Part shown: positions 50,051 through 59,739 of the stretch, piece after piece
How positions within the stretch are numbered: the first letter of the stretch is position 1
Layout of the letters: every line of letters starts with the position of its first letter
Origin: Phycisphaerales bacterium
GTDB lineage: Bacteria; Planctomycetota; Phycisphaerae; Phycisphaerales; UBA1924
Assembly: GCA_965227775.1 (NCBI GenBank)
Contig: OZ245777.1
Coordinates: 2,144,001 to 2,208,000, forward strand
Reading direction: 5' to 3'
DNA: 64,000 bases
Made by a program: the position numbers and the translations under genes
Notes under the pieces: generated by a model
Told to the model about the DNA's origin: nothing
Databases searched by the model: none
What the model saw: only the letters and a program-made list of their open reading frames with translations

Positions 50051-52309
50051 TCACAGCATCGAGCGATCAACGAGCAGCCCGCCGCCGTCCTCGTCGATGA
50101 GCGGGCCGCCCAACGCATCGAACGCCCAGTCGTTGACGGTCTCGACGGCCGCCGAGAGCATGACGCCGTGCTCTCGAGCGAGGGCCCTGGCTTCGTCCTC
50201 GCCCCAGCGGTCGCGTGCGATGACGGCCTCGTAGAAGCCGCGGAACCGCCCGAGGTCGGGTCCGGCCGCGGGCGCACCCCCTGGTTCGGGGAGCGCCGCC
50301 GCGACGGTCGGCTCCGCCGGCTCGACCTGGGGCGTGGCATCGTCGGGGAACTCGTCATCGATCGCCATCGCCTCGGCCAGGAGCACCGAGACCTCACGCG
50401 TCTCGGCCATGATCGCGCTGATGGCCTGGCGATCGAGTTGCAGGCCGCCGGCTGCTTCGCCTTCTTCATCCTGTTCCTGACTCGCGGGGGCCGGGATCGC
50501 TTCGCCGATCAGGTCCGCCCGGGTCCTGGCTTGCACCGTCATCGCCCGCTCGTCGGCCTCGGGCGCAACGTCCGCGATCGCTTCCTCGAGGACGTCGGGC
50601 TGCAGGCCCAGGGCGCGGAAGGCTGATCGGAGCGCGTTGCGTTCGCTGCGGTCGATGCCGTCCGTGGCCGCGGCGATGGCCACCAGCAGCCGCCCGACGC
50701 TGCGGCGCGCCTCCAGCGGGAGCACGTCCTTGAGCTTTCGCGCGATCGGGCGGATGTCCGAGCCCGTGCGCAAGAGCAGGCTGCGCAGCGCGTGGAGGCG
50801 CTGCTCCTCGGTGGGCGAGAGGTCGAACACCGCCTCGATGTGCTCCTCGATGGCGGCCAGCTCGGCCTCGTCGGCGCTGCCGTCCGCGAGCGCGACGTAC
50901 AGCCCCAGCCGCAGCACGCACACGGCGGCGTTGTAGCGCGCGGTCTGCACGTCGTCGTCCAGGCCCGGCAGCACGGCCACGAGCTCGTCCCACCCGTAGC
51001 GCACCGGCAGGAAGCGGGCGTCGGGCACGATGCCGTAGCCGGTGTGGCCGAGCGTCGCCGCCAGCGTGCGGCTCTGGCTGGCGGTCAAGCGCGGCCGCTG
51101 CTCCACGCCGACGAGCTCGGCGAACCGGCCGGCGCGCACGGCGGCGCCGGTCCCGTCGTCGTCGAGCGGCTGCGCGTCGGTGCGGAGCACGCCGGAGACC
51201 TCGTCGGTGAGCGGATGGTCGACGCTCCCGCGGAGCTCCTCGGGCATTGCCTCCCACGCGTCGACCGAGAGCTCCCCGTCCTCGATGGATGCCGACGCGC
51301 GCGACAGCTTCCGCAGGTCGGCGATGCAGGCGTTCCAGATCTCGGGTAGTTGTTTGAACTGGCTGGGGATGTTCTGCGGGCTGGGCACCTCGCAGGTCTG
51401 CTCCTCGAGCCCGCCGCTGGCCGGCTGGTACGCGAATCGCTTCGGCCGCTTGGAGACCCTGAGCGTCAGGCCCCCCTCGCCGAACGCCTCCTTGTAGCGG
51501 ATGGTGAACAGCGACTCGAACTCTTCGGGCACGCGCTTGGTGACCACGCTGCGCTGGGCCGCGGGATCGAGCGACGCCATCGCCATGGCCAGGCCGACCG
51601 GCAGCGGCGCCTCGTGGTGCGCCAGCCAGGCCAGCGGCGCGGCGAGCAGCTCGGGCGTCCACCGCTCGGTCAGGTCCACGGCGGCATCGAAGGCCGACTC
51701 GTTGACCGTCGCCGGCGTGCGCGCCACCTCAAACCACAGCAGGTGCGTGGTGTATCGACGGAAGGACGCGCCCTCCTTCGTCCCGACGCGCGGCGCGTCG
51801 AGCTCGCGCAGGCGGACGATCTCCTGCAGGCACCAGTTGCGGTCGACCCGGTCGACCAGCAGCCGGCGCTCCAGCCCGTAGTAGAACAGGAACAGCAGCC
51901 CATCCTGCGGCGGCAGGCGCACGCGCCCGCTTGCGAGCCACGCCAGGTACTGGTGGCGGGCGCCCGGCTCGATGTGCTGGTACCACGGCCAGTACCCGAC
52001 GTCGGCGATCGGGCCGCTCGATCGGGCGGCCGGCAGGCGCACGTCGATCTCCGAGGGCTCGCCCGACCGGCCGGGGCGCGCGTGCTCGGGGTGGCTCGCG
52101 TACACGCACGGCGCTTGAAGCCGGAAGCCGCCGACATCGAGCGTCGTGCCGAGCCCGAACCACCGCCGGTCGAACGCGGCGCTGCGCCTCGCTCCGCGGG
52201 ACGGCCCTCTCTGCCGAGGGGCGGGCCCTGGCGTGGGGACCAGCGAGAGATCAGGCTGCTGCCGCGGGCCTCTTGCAAATAGTCTCTTGATGATCGCTGA
52301 GAGCATCAT
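50051..52309 (-). CDS. TerB-N / TerB / TerB-C protein, Shango SngA-like
   Basis: YWPWY...YLAWLASGR...FLFYYGLERR, ALADGSADEAE, VETVNDWAFDALG. Confidence 0.88.
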   Translation of the reverse strand: MMLSAIIKRLFARGPRQQPDLSLVPTPGPAPRQRGPSRGARRSAAFDRRWFGLGTTLDVGGFRLQAPCVYASHPEHARPGRSGEPSEIDVRLPAARSSGPIADVGYWPWYQHIEPGARHQYLAWLASGRVRLPPQDGLLFLFYYGLERRLLVDRVDRNWCLQEIVRLRELDAPRVGTKEGASFRRYTTHLLWFEVARTPATVNESAFDAAVDLTERWTPELLAAPLAWLAHHEAPLPVGLAMAMASLDPAAQRSVVTKRVPEEFESLFTIRYKEAFGEGGLTLRVSKRPKRFAYQPASGGLEEQTCEVPSPQNIPSQFKQLPEIWNACIADLRKLSRASASIEDGELSVDAWEAMPEELRGSVDHPLTDEVSGVLRTDAQPLDDDGTGAAVRAGRFAELVGVEQRPRLTASQSRTLAATLGHTGYGIVPDARFLPVRYGWDELVAVLPGLDDDVQTARYNAAVCVLRLGLYVALADGSADEAELAAIEEHIEAVFDLSPTEEQRLHALRSLLLRTGSDIRPIARKLKDVLPLEARRSVGRLLVAIAAATDGIDRSERNALRSAFRALGLQPDVLEEAIADVAPEADERAMTVQARTRADLIGEAIPAPASQEQDEEGEAAGGLQLDRQAISAIMAETREVSVLLAEAMAIDDEFPDDATPQVEPAEPTVAAALPEPGGAPAAGPDLGRFRGFYEAVIARDRWGEDEARALAREHGVMLSAAVETVNDWAFDALGGPLIDEDGGGLLVDRSML

Positions 52310-52587
52310 CCATGTTAGAAGCGGTGCGTGCCAAAACGGCTACCGGACCAGATACGACCCGGCGAGAGGATGTGCGTGTCAGTCAAGAGCGGCGCGGCTT
52401 GAGCACTGGGCTCGCTTGCCACCGCCCAAAACCCCGCACTCCCGGGCCATCCCCCTCGTCCCACAGAAAAACCGCCCTGGCGACCCCAGGAAAAGTTGAT
52501 GCTCAAGGATCAGTCGTTGATGGAGTTCCATCAGGAACCGACGGAGGGCCATCGAGAGCCAATCGAGCAACGCTGCCAGCACCAGCG

Positions 52588-52915
52588 CGCCGAAGATTAG
52601 GTCGTCCATGACGACCAGGTCGTTGGCGGGCCACGACTCGGTCACGCCCTCCTCCAAAGCGGAGTCGCCCGAGACGATGCGGACGCGGGTGACTATGGCC
52701 TCGTCGAACTTGACGCCCAGGAACGAGAGCGACTCGTTGCCGATCGACGCGATCCGCACGCAGTAGGTGCCCAGCGGCTCGTCATCGAGGCCGTAGAACG
52801 TCCGGCTGGTCTGGCGGGCGGTGTCGACATCGCTGGAGACGGCGCCGAAGCCGGTGCCGACGGTGGTGAAGACCACGCCGCGGGCACCTGGGGACGTGGG
52901 TAAGTTGAAGAATTT
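52588..52915 (-). pseudogene. Fragment of an exported beta-rich protein gene
   Basis: RGVVFTTVGTGF...SLSFLGVKF...TRVRIVSG...DLVVMDDLIFG with no credible start or signal peptide. Confidence 0.5.
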
Positions 52916-53074
52916 GCCCAGGAATCTTTGGGGGCGCTGACGGCGTCGGGAGCAGCGTCCCAGAACGACTCTGTTTGGCGCGCATTGGCGCACGATGCAC
53001 GCCGAGTACAGCAGACTCAGGCAGTCAAGTCGTGAACGGAACGGCTCATAGCCTTGGTATGCACGCCGCTTCGC

Positions 53075-53114
53075 CCCTTACCAAGGGTGCGCTCTACCAC
53101 TGAGCTACGGCGGC
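53075..53114 (-). tRNA. 5' half of tRNA-Thr(GGT), truncated; probable att-site remnant
   Basis: GCCGCCGTAGCTCAGTGGTAGAGCGCACCCTTGGTAAGGG has the acceptor 5' strand, D-arm and anticodon loop GGT; no T-arm follows. Confidence 0.85.
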
Positions 53115-53472
53115 CTTGAGAATCAATACATACACCCCATGACCACAGATCGCAAGGGTTTCGTGCCATCGCCATTAAAACAGCTCATCTGACCATCGAC
53201 TTTATTCTGGCGCGCGTTTGGCGCACATGGGCGTGGTCGACGCCATCGCGGTCGCGTTTCGATGCACACGATGTTCCCAAACGTGCGTCTTCACGCACGT
53301 CAGAGAGCAATGGTCCATGCGGTGTGGTACTGCGGATACGCTAGTCCGGATTGAGTTGTTGCTGGCAATCGGCGGATTCATCAGAGCACTTTTGCACACG
53401 TGCCAGAAGCGTTGAATGCCTCTGGCCAGTAGGAGTTGGGAGCTGTACCAGCCGACCAGGGTGCGGTCTGGA

Positions 53473-54588
53473 TCAGTGACAGTAGTCGGGTTGAAAGCTC
53501 GTTGTTGGAGTGTTTGGGTCGAACCCGAACAGCATGTCGAGAGCGTCCGTCGCTTCTTTGAGGAAGTCTACGTGGTGCTTGCCGTACAGCTCCGTTGTTC
53601 GCTGCTCGGAGTGCCCCAGCATGCCCGCGACCTGTCGGATCGGGACTCCGTTGGCAAGCATGAGCGTCGCCCCGGTGTGGCGGAGCGTGTACGGCGTGAC
53701 GCCCTCCAGTCCTGCCTCATGGCTCGCCGTCGCGAAGGACCGGCGAACGTGTGATACGGGTCGTCCGCGGTACTCGACCACGAATCCGGAGGTCGACTCT
53801 TCGACCGCTCTGAGGAGCACTGGCCGAAGTGTCCGCGTGATCGGAACCACAGGCCGCTGTTTACGCGTCTGCACCGCATCGTGCGGGAGAAAGTTTATCA
53901 GATCACTCTTGAAGTTGATGTGATCGACGTGCAAGGACAGAATCGCGCTGGTCCGTTGTAGCGTGTGCAGCCCACACATGACGAATACGAAGAGGTAGAA
54001 GTCCTTGCACGCCGCGATCAGGCGATGGACTTCTTCCGGGAACAAAAAACGTTGTCGTGGCGGAGGCTCGGGCAGTGACTGGATGTACGGCGGATGTGTG
54101 AGGACCCCTTCCCGCCACGCATCGTTCAGGGCGGCCCTCATGACCCGGAGCTCGCGGGACAGCGTGCCGTTCGAGCCCGTGTACCCCCGCGATAGGAGAT
54201 CGCGTCGCCGCCACTCGATGTAGCACTCCTGGACCGCCCGCGTGAGCTCGACCACCGTGACGATGTCGTTGGTGGTCAGGAACGCCGTCCAGTGCTTGAG
54301 CGCGGTTTCCTCGGCGGTTCCGCGACGCTTGCCACGGATGGTTCGTTCGACGTACGCCGTCAGGAGTCCGAGGAGGTCGAGTTGCTCGGGCGGCGTCGGC
54401 CCGAGCGAGACTCTGTTGTGGACGAACTCGACCAGTCGCTGCTTGGCCAGATCGACGTTGCTGGTTTTGGTGCTCCGCTTCTTAGCCCTCCGGGATCCGG
54501 GCCGGTACCAGGTGATGTAGAGGTTTTCCGAGTCGGGACGCTTGACCAGCCTGTGGCCCTGGTACTCCCAGATGGGTTCGTAGAACAA
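53473..54588 (-). CDS. Tyrosine recombinase / integrase
   Basis: LQRTSAI, YTLRHT, MLGH, TELYG catalytic residues. Confidence 0.92.
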   Translation of the reverse strand: MFYEPIWEYQGHRLVKRPDSENLYITWYRPGSRRAKKRSTKTSNVDLAKQRLVEFVHNRVSLGPTPPEQLDLLGLLTAYVERTIRGKRRGTAEETALKHWTAFLTTNDIVTVVELTRAVQECYIEWRRRDLLSRGYTGSNGTLSRELRVMRAALNDAWREGVLTHPPYIQSLPEPPPRQRFLFPEEVHRLIAACKDFYLFVFVMCGLHTLQRTSAILSLHVDHINFKSDLINFLPHDAVQTRKQRPVVPITRTLRPVLLRAVEESTSGFVVEYRGRPVSHVRRSFATASHEAGLEGVTPYTLRHTGATLMLANGVPIRQVAGMLGHSEQRTTELYGKHHVDFLKEATDALDMLFGFDPNTPTTSFQPDYCH

Positions 54589-54740
54589 GTCGACTCCTGC
54601 TGTTTTTCGAGGTAGCGGTTCAAGATGGCCTCGGTAAAGAACACCCGCGACCCGATGCGGACGCAGCCGAGGCGTCCGCTTAGGCGTTCGCGGTCGACCG
54701 TGCTGCGATGGACGCGGAGCAGCTTTGCCGCTTCAGTCAC
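54360..54740 (-). CDS. Excisionase-like HTH protein overlapping the int start
   Basis: LLTVTEAAKLLRVHRSTV...LGCVRIGSRVFF; start uncertain. Confidence 0.65.
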   Translation of the reverse strand: MTEAAKLLRVHRSTVDRERLSGRLGCVRIGSRVFFTEAILNRYLEKQQESTCSTNPSGSTRATGWSSVPTRKTSTSPGTGPDPGGLRSGAPKPATSIWPSSDWSSSSTTESRSGRRRPSNSTSSDS

Positions 54741-54742
54741 CG

Positions 54743-55033
54743 TTAAGAGCCTGGGGAGTCCAGTACGCTCGGGACTGGTTGGGCCCCCGCGTGCGGGATC
54801 AGTCCCGCCACCAGCATCTCCGGCTTGATCCGAAGCGCTTGTGCGATGCGGATCATTCGGCCGGCTGTCATCGGATCGATGCCCGTCTCGTAGTCGTCGA
54901 GCTGGTCCGTCGAGATGCCCAGCATCGAAGCTGCCTGTTCCTGCTCCAGATCGAGCAGCTCCCGCACGCGGATCAACCGCTGGCCGATCCGATAGTCGAG
55001 CTCCTGCTCGAGCTTCTGTGGGTCGTTCGTCAT
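54743..55033 (-). CDS. XRE-family HTH regulator
   Basis: AAAGGAG RBS; IGQRLIRVRELLDLEQEQAASMLGISTDQLDDYETG. Confidence 0.8.
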   Translation of the reverse strand: MTNDPQKLEQELDYRIGQRLIRVRELLDLEQEQAASMLGISTDQLDDYETGIDPMTAGRMIRIAQALRIKPEMLVAGLIPHAGAQPVPSVLDSPGS

Positions 55034-55165
55034 GGTCGTCTCTCCTTTCGTTGTTGCCATGACGCGCACGCCCGGGTTGTGAAGTCAATCGCGATCGTGC
55101 GGTTTCGGGTTGTTTTGTGCAACCTTGTTGCGCCGAATCCACGCTCAGGCTCAGATCGTTGCGCT

Positions 55166-55657
55166 TCATGACGGGTCCTCCACGCCCGGGTAGGCGATCG
55201 TGGGCTCACCCCGTCGGCGGAGCACTTCGTTGGCCTTCTGCACGATGCGTCGCACATCGCTCGACCGGCCATCGAGCAGGAACACGCCCGAGCGTGTGAA
55301 CCGAGCCCGGCCACCAAGGACGTCCAGGGCTCGGACCACCGGGGCCGTGAGCGGGCCGTTGTCGTTGGAACCCATGGGATCATCGTCGGGATAGTCCGGC
55401 GACCACGGCAGCACCATGCGTCGGCCGTACCGTGGGTGCGGGACGTGCTTGGCGCATTGTGGTGGCGACGTGTCCAGGAAATCGGCCAGCGTCACCTGGC
55501 CGTCCGTGAGGTCGAGGATCTTCTGCAGGATCGTGGGTTGTGGGATCCGCTCGCCGGTCAGGTATCGCCAGACCGTCGATCGGCGTTGGACGCCGAGCAT
55601 CCGTCGGAGCTGCGTCGGCGTCTGGGAGTTCTCATAGAGATAGTCTGCGAGTTTCAT
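55166..55657 (-). CDS. Cro-like HTH protein with C-terminal extension
   Basis: MKLADYL...LGVQRRSTVWRYLTGERIP...TDGQVT. Confidence 0.7.
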   Translation of the reverse strand: MKLADYLYENSQTPTQLRRMLGVQRRSTVWRYLTGERIPQPTILQKILDLTDGQVTLADFLDTSPPQCAKHVPHPRYGRRMVLPWSPDYPDDDPMGSNDNGPLTAPVVRALDVLGGRARFTRSGVFLLDGRSSDVRRIVQKANEVLRRRGEPTIAYPGVEDPS

Positions 55658-56088
55658 GCCCGCAGCGATACCGCAACCCGGGATTGTGCTCAATCACCCG
55701 TTGCCAACCGGGACGTGTGGTTTCAAGGAGACACTTACTCGATGCGAGGAGATGATCGATCTCAGAAGAAGAGGCCCCTCGGGCTCAGCTCGTCCGGCAG
55801 GTGACGGGAGGGCTGCGCGTTCGACCGAGATTTCGATTTCGATGCGTTTGTCCGATGCAGCCTGCGCGTGATCGCATCGGGGCCCACACGTGGGTGAGGC
55901 CCCGACGGCAATCACGTTCGGCAGATCGAGCCGAATTGACCGAGCCACGAGGTTGGCTTGGAGACTGGTCCCTACGGCACTCTCCGCCTTACCTCACGAG
56001 GCGAAGCAGCGAGACCACGCCAAACGTCGGCTAATCACAGTTGATCGATTGAGTTGCTGCATACCGGCGGCAGGCGGACACCAGGCGT

Positions 56089-56919
56089 CTATGGGCAGCC
56101 GGCGTCGAAAGCGTTCTGAAAGGCGAGGAAGTCGAAGATGGTCAGCTCGCCATCGCCATCGAAGTCGGCCGAGGTATCGCCGATGTCGAATTGGTTTTGG
56201 AACAGGAGGAAGTCGAAGATAGTGAGCTCGCCATCGCCATCGAAGTCGGCTGGGCACGCCTGGGCGAGGATGGCGCGCAGCTCAACGAATTCGAGCGTGA
56301 TGTCGTCGACCGGTCGCGGTAGCCCAGCGCTGCGCGGTTGGTTGTTTAGCCCGTAGAAGACGGCGCGAACCTCTGTGAAGTCGAAGCCGTCCTCAATGAT
56401 CCAGTCGCTATCGGCGAACAGCGTTCGGACGGTCGAGTCGCCGGCGGGCACGATGAGGTCGACGACGGCGACCTTGCGTTCGACCGTTCCCGATGGTCCG
56501 TCGTCCTCGACGGTAAAGCCGAAGAGAAACGACTCGCTGGCACTGCGGATGTCAGCCTCGAATCCGATGATTCCAAGGTCTTGGAAGTCCAGTCCCAGGC
56601 TCGCTCCAGCGGCGCCGGCGTCGTTGGGGTACTGGCCGGCCACGAGCGTGTCGGAGGCGTCGGGGTCGTTGTAACGCACGGCACCAACATCGTCGCCGGA
56701 GACGAAGGCGTCATCTTGAATGAGGAGCGGCAGCGTACCTCGGAAGATGGCGATCAGTCCCTGGTCACCGAACAGCTCATCGCTGTTGTCGGCGTCGAAG
56801 TCATCCAACAGGACAGTCTCCTGGGCGGTCGCCGTGCTGGTGGCAAGTAGGCCGAGGGCTGGGAGCACAATCATGCCGAGGGCGGCAGCTGTGATTCGGT
56901 GGTTGCGTCTGTACGGCAT
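56089..56919 (-). CDS. Exported protein with dockerin-like tail
   Basis: Signal peptide ending ATAQ; CPADFDGDGELTIFDFLLFQNQF...ADFDGDGELTIFDFLAFQNAFDAGCP. Confidence 0.88.
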   Translation of the reverse strand: MPYRRNHRITAAALGMIVLPALGLLATSTATAQETVLLDDFDADNSDELFGDQGLIAIFRGTLPLLIQDDAFVSGDDVGAVRYNDPDASDTLVAGQYPNDAGAAGASLGLDFQDLGIIGFEADIRSASESFLFGFTVEDDGPSGTVERKVAVVDLIVPAGDSTVRTLFADSDWIIEDGFDFTEVRAVFYGLNNQPRSAGLPRPVDDITLEFVELRAILAQACPADFDGDGELTIFDFLLFQNQFDIGDTSADFDGDGELTIFDFLAFQNAFDAGCP

Positions 56920-57013
56920 GTCTCTCTCCTTCTGGGATCCGGTGTGTTACCCGTTCGCTTGATCGAGTTGCTAATCCTTCGCTGGGTACTCTAGTGTGGT
57001 TCCTACAAATATC

Positions 57014-57059
57014 GTATTTTAAAAATACTCTTTGACTCCTTGCGATTTCGAGGCATGAT
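57014..57059 (+). promoter_or_regulatory. Operator-like palindrome plus promoter
   Basis: GTATTTT-A-AAAATAC (57014-57028); TTGACT-16-CATGAT (57032-57059) ending 6 nt before the GTG start. Confidence 0.6.
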
Positions 57060-57065
57060 TCGAGC

Positions 57066-58316
57066 GTGGGATCCTCTCTCCAAAGACAATCCTGGGCATC
57101 TGACGACGATATCGAGCACGCCGGTCGCCACTTGCTTGAGTGCATCAGGTCTTCGTTCGGGCCATCAATCGCCGAACTCCCTCTCAAGGTGGCAACGGCC
57201 CAACTGGGCATCGACCGAGGGCTCGCGTGGAAGCTCCAGCGGCTGCTGACGATCGAGAATCCGTTCCAGGCACTCCATGAGAGCCCATCGCCTCCGGGGC
57301 TGCAGAAGCTTGCGGCGGCCGCGGCTTCACTTGGCAAGGGAACCGAAAGCGGAGCACCGCTACTTGAGGCGGCGGGCGCAATGGGCGCGTTGCTTGATCG
57401 CTTCCCCGACGGCCGCAACGGCCTGCGGGCCGCCCTGTGCCACAGCGTGCCACAGGCCAAGATGGCCGCTGATCGTGATGCCCGACGCATGCTTGCCCAG
57501 GCCACATCGCACCTGAACGGCTTTGCTGCCGACGTGTCGTACAGCGTGACACTGTTGCGGCCAGCTCCTGACGGCCACGATGCCATCCTCCGCGCCAGGG
57601 CCGCCGGCATCTTCGGATTCCGTCGGCTTCGGCAGGACCTGGCCCACCGGGTGCTCGTGACAACCATGCCCCAGTCAGAAGCCGGTGATGGCGAGGATTG
57701 GAACCTGACCACGCTCGACGGCACGGCTTCGGACGACCTCGGCGACTACATCTTGTCCGAATTCACGACCATCGACACCAAGGCAATGAAAATCGAGCGT
57801 CGCGGCCGAAACTGCACGCTCTGGTGCCCACCGGATGCGCCGTCGATCAACCGGCCCGGCGATTTCGTCTTTGGCCAGCGGGCTGGACGGTTGTCTCCGC
57901 GCTACCGCACCGACGAAGATGACTACACCCACTACGCAGCCTCAAACAGGATGGGATCGGGAGTCCTCGTGGCGGACCTGCTGCTCCACCAAGACGCGTA
58001 CCCGGATGCCGATCCGCCGCTCTTGGTGCAAACGATGGTTACCGAGATCGATCCGCGAAACATCAGCGGCCCGCCGTCCTCGATCCCCTCGCCGCTCGAC
58101 CAGCCGGTAGAGATCATGCCTCTTGGCACGGGCATCGATCTGGCAGGCTGCCCCGATCTTGACGCGGCGCCATCAATCCTTGCCGAAGTGCTCGGTCGAG
58201 CCGGTGAAGACGCTGCAGACTACCGGCTCTATCGATTCCGCCAGACCTATCCCGTGCCCCAGGGCGTGTGGATTTTCTGGTTCCCGCTCCCCGAACGCCC
58301 GGCCGCGTCGGACTGA
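57066..58316 (+). CDS. Hypothetical protein, possible regulator with N-terminal HTH
   Basis: ATAQLGIDRGLAWKL HTH-like segment; divergent from the dockerin gene. Confidence 0.6.
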   Translation: MGSSLQRQSWASDDDIEHAGRHLLECIRSSFGPSIAELPLKVATAQLGIDRGLAWKLQRLLTIENPFQALHESPSPPGLQKLAAAAASLGKGTESGAPLLEAAGAMGALLDRFPDGRNGLRAALCHSVPQAKMAADRDARRMLAQATSHLNGFAADVSYSVTLLRPAPDGHDAILRARAAGIFGFRRLRQDLAHRVLVTTMPQSEAGDGEDWNLTTLDGTASDDLGDYILSEFTTIDTKAMKIERRGRNCTLWCPPDAPSINRPGDFVFGQRAGRLSPRYRTDEDDYTHYAASNRMGSGVLVADLLLHQDAYPDADPPLLVQTMVTEIDPRNISGPPSSIPSPLDQPVEIMPLGTGIDLAGCPDLDAAPSILAEVLGRAGEDAADYRLYRFRQTYPVPQGVWIFWFPLPERPAASD

Positions 58317-59121
58317 AGTGCAGAATGCCGTGCAACCGACCTGGCCGTCTGCACGGACGGTGCGCAACAACTCGAAGAAGAGTGCCGCTTGCCTCGATGC
58401 CGGGGTGAGCGAATCCGAATTTCGATGCTCCCGGCCTGTCTCCCGGGGCGTCGATCCGGGGTCGGCAATGTCGCTTGCGGCGTGCCGGCCCCAACTCGAT
58501 CATGTGCTTCAAGAAGATTGGCTGAAATTTAGATGCGCACAAACTGCGCGTTGTGGCTACGCTCGCGGCCGAGGGAGAACTGTCCGCGTGCTGGCCGGTT
58601 GCGGCTCCAAGGGCGGGCCGGCCAGCAGCGGCAGCCCGGGTGATCTCAGGACAGCTCGGGTGCAACTCGTGTAACACTCCGCGGCTCAACACACCGCGGC
58701 GCGTATAGCCCCGTTCGTACGTCGCGGGAGCCACGAGGGCCGCGGGCTTGCCACACCGGCGAGCCCGCGGTCGTCTGCGTTATGCTCGGATTCAGAGTTC
58801 CCAAGGGCTTGCGCGACCAAGGGGCCGCTCTTGCGACGCTCCGCGGTAAACTGGGTAAGACGCGTCACCTTGTTCTCCCTGTCGGGTGCTCGGCACCCGG
58901 GGTGACGGTCGGCCAGCGGGCCCGCTGCGTGCAGGGGCCCGCTTGCTCTTGTGGGCTCCGAGCCAGCCTCCACCCGTGAGCTCCAGATCGTGCACTCGCT
59001 GGGCACGAGGACGCCCGAAGTGCCCGTCACCGCCATAGCAAGTCGAGTCAACACCAATCATCTCCATCCAACACCCGTGCAAATGCCGTCCGATCCCACC
59101 TACTTAGGTGTACGATCGAGC

Positions 59122-59601
59122 ATGCAGGATCGACGAGCACGCTTCATCACGCCCGCTTTCGATAGAGCGTCTCGCGAGAATCTGAAGTCCGTGGTGGCCC
59201 ACGCGATGCGGCTTGCGCTCGAGCACGGTGGTGACGGCCTGCTCATCACTTTCACGACGAAGCATAACCTCGACAACGTGCGCGATCTTCTGGTCCCGAT
59301 CATCGGCGAGCTTGGCATCTGCCTGCTTGCGAGCAAGGGACGCCTCGAGAGTGAGCTGAGCTTGCAGATTGAGACCGATCGGACCCTCTCGACGATGTAC
59401 GAATGGAGCGGCCCGGTACTGATGGTGTACCCCACCGAGACCATGCTCGTTCGGATCAGTGAAGTGCGGGGCATCACCCACGAATTCTTGGTACCGCTCG
59501 CGCTAAGCGAGCACATCAGGACCTGGTCGGCAGCCCACCGCCCAACACCAATGTTCGATGCGGCATACCTGCCGAACACCACCGAGCTCGATCCTTGTTG
59601 A
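59122..59601 (+). CDS. Hypothetical protein
   Basis: Open frame with protein-like composition. Confidence 0.5.
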   Translation: MQDRRARFITPAFDRASRENLKSVVAHAMRLALEHGGDGLLITFTTKHNLDNVRDLLVPIIGELGICLLASKGRLESELSLQIETDRTLSTMYEWSGPVLMVYPTETMLVRISEVRGITHEFLVPLALSEHIRTWSAAHRPTPMFDAAYLPNTTELDPC

Positions 59602-59739
59602 TCCTCTGGCGGGCAAGATGATCCGAGGGCGGAGCGGGCCGGGCGAGTCGCTCTGGAAGGTCTGGACCGCTCGACGCGGCGACGAGGCGAACTAGAACAA
59701 TCTTCGCTGCTCGCCCTCAGGCCCTTACGTGCGAATACG

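Noticed and set aside
53030..53114. Functional tRNA-Thr
   Set aside because: No T-arm (GGTTCRA) or complete 3' acceptor strand follows the anticodon arm
56100..56250. Near-identical direct repeats as a DNA repeat element or DGR template/variable pair
   Set aside because: They encode the two halves of the dockerin-like domain; no reverse transcriptase is present
58317..59120. Structured ncRNA or terminator (hairpin 58741-58769)
   Set aside because: Isolated GC-rich hairpin with no U-tract and no second copy; insufficient evidence
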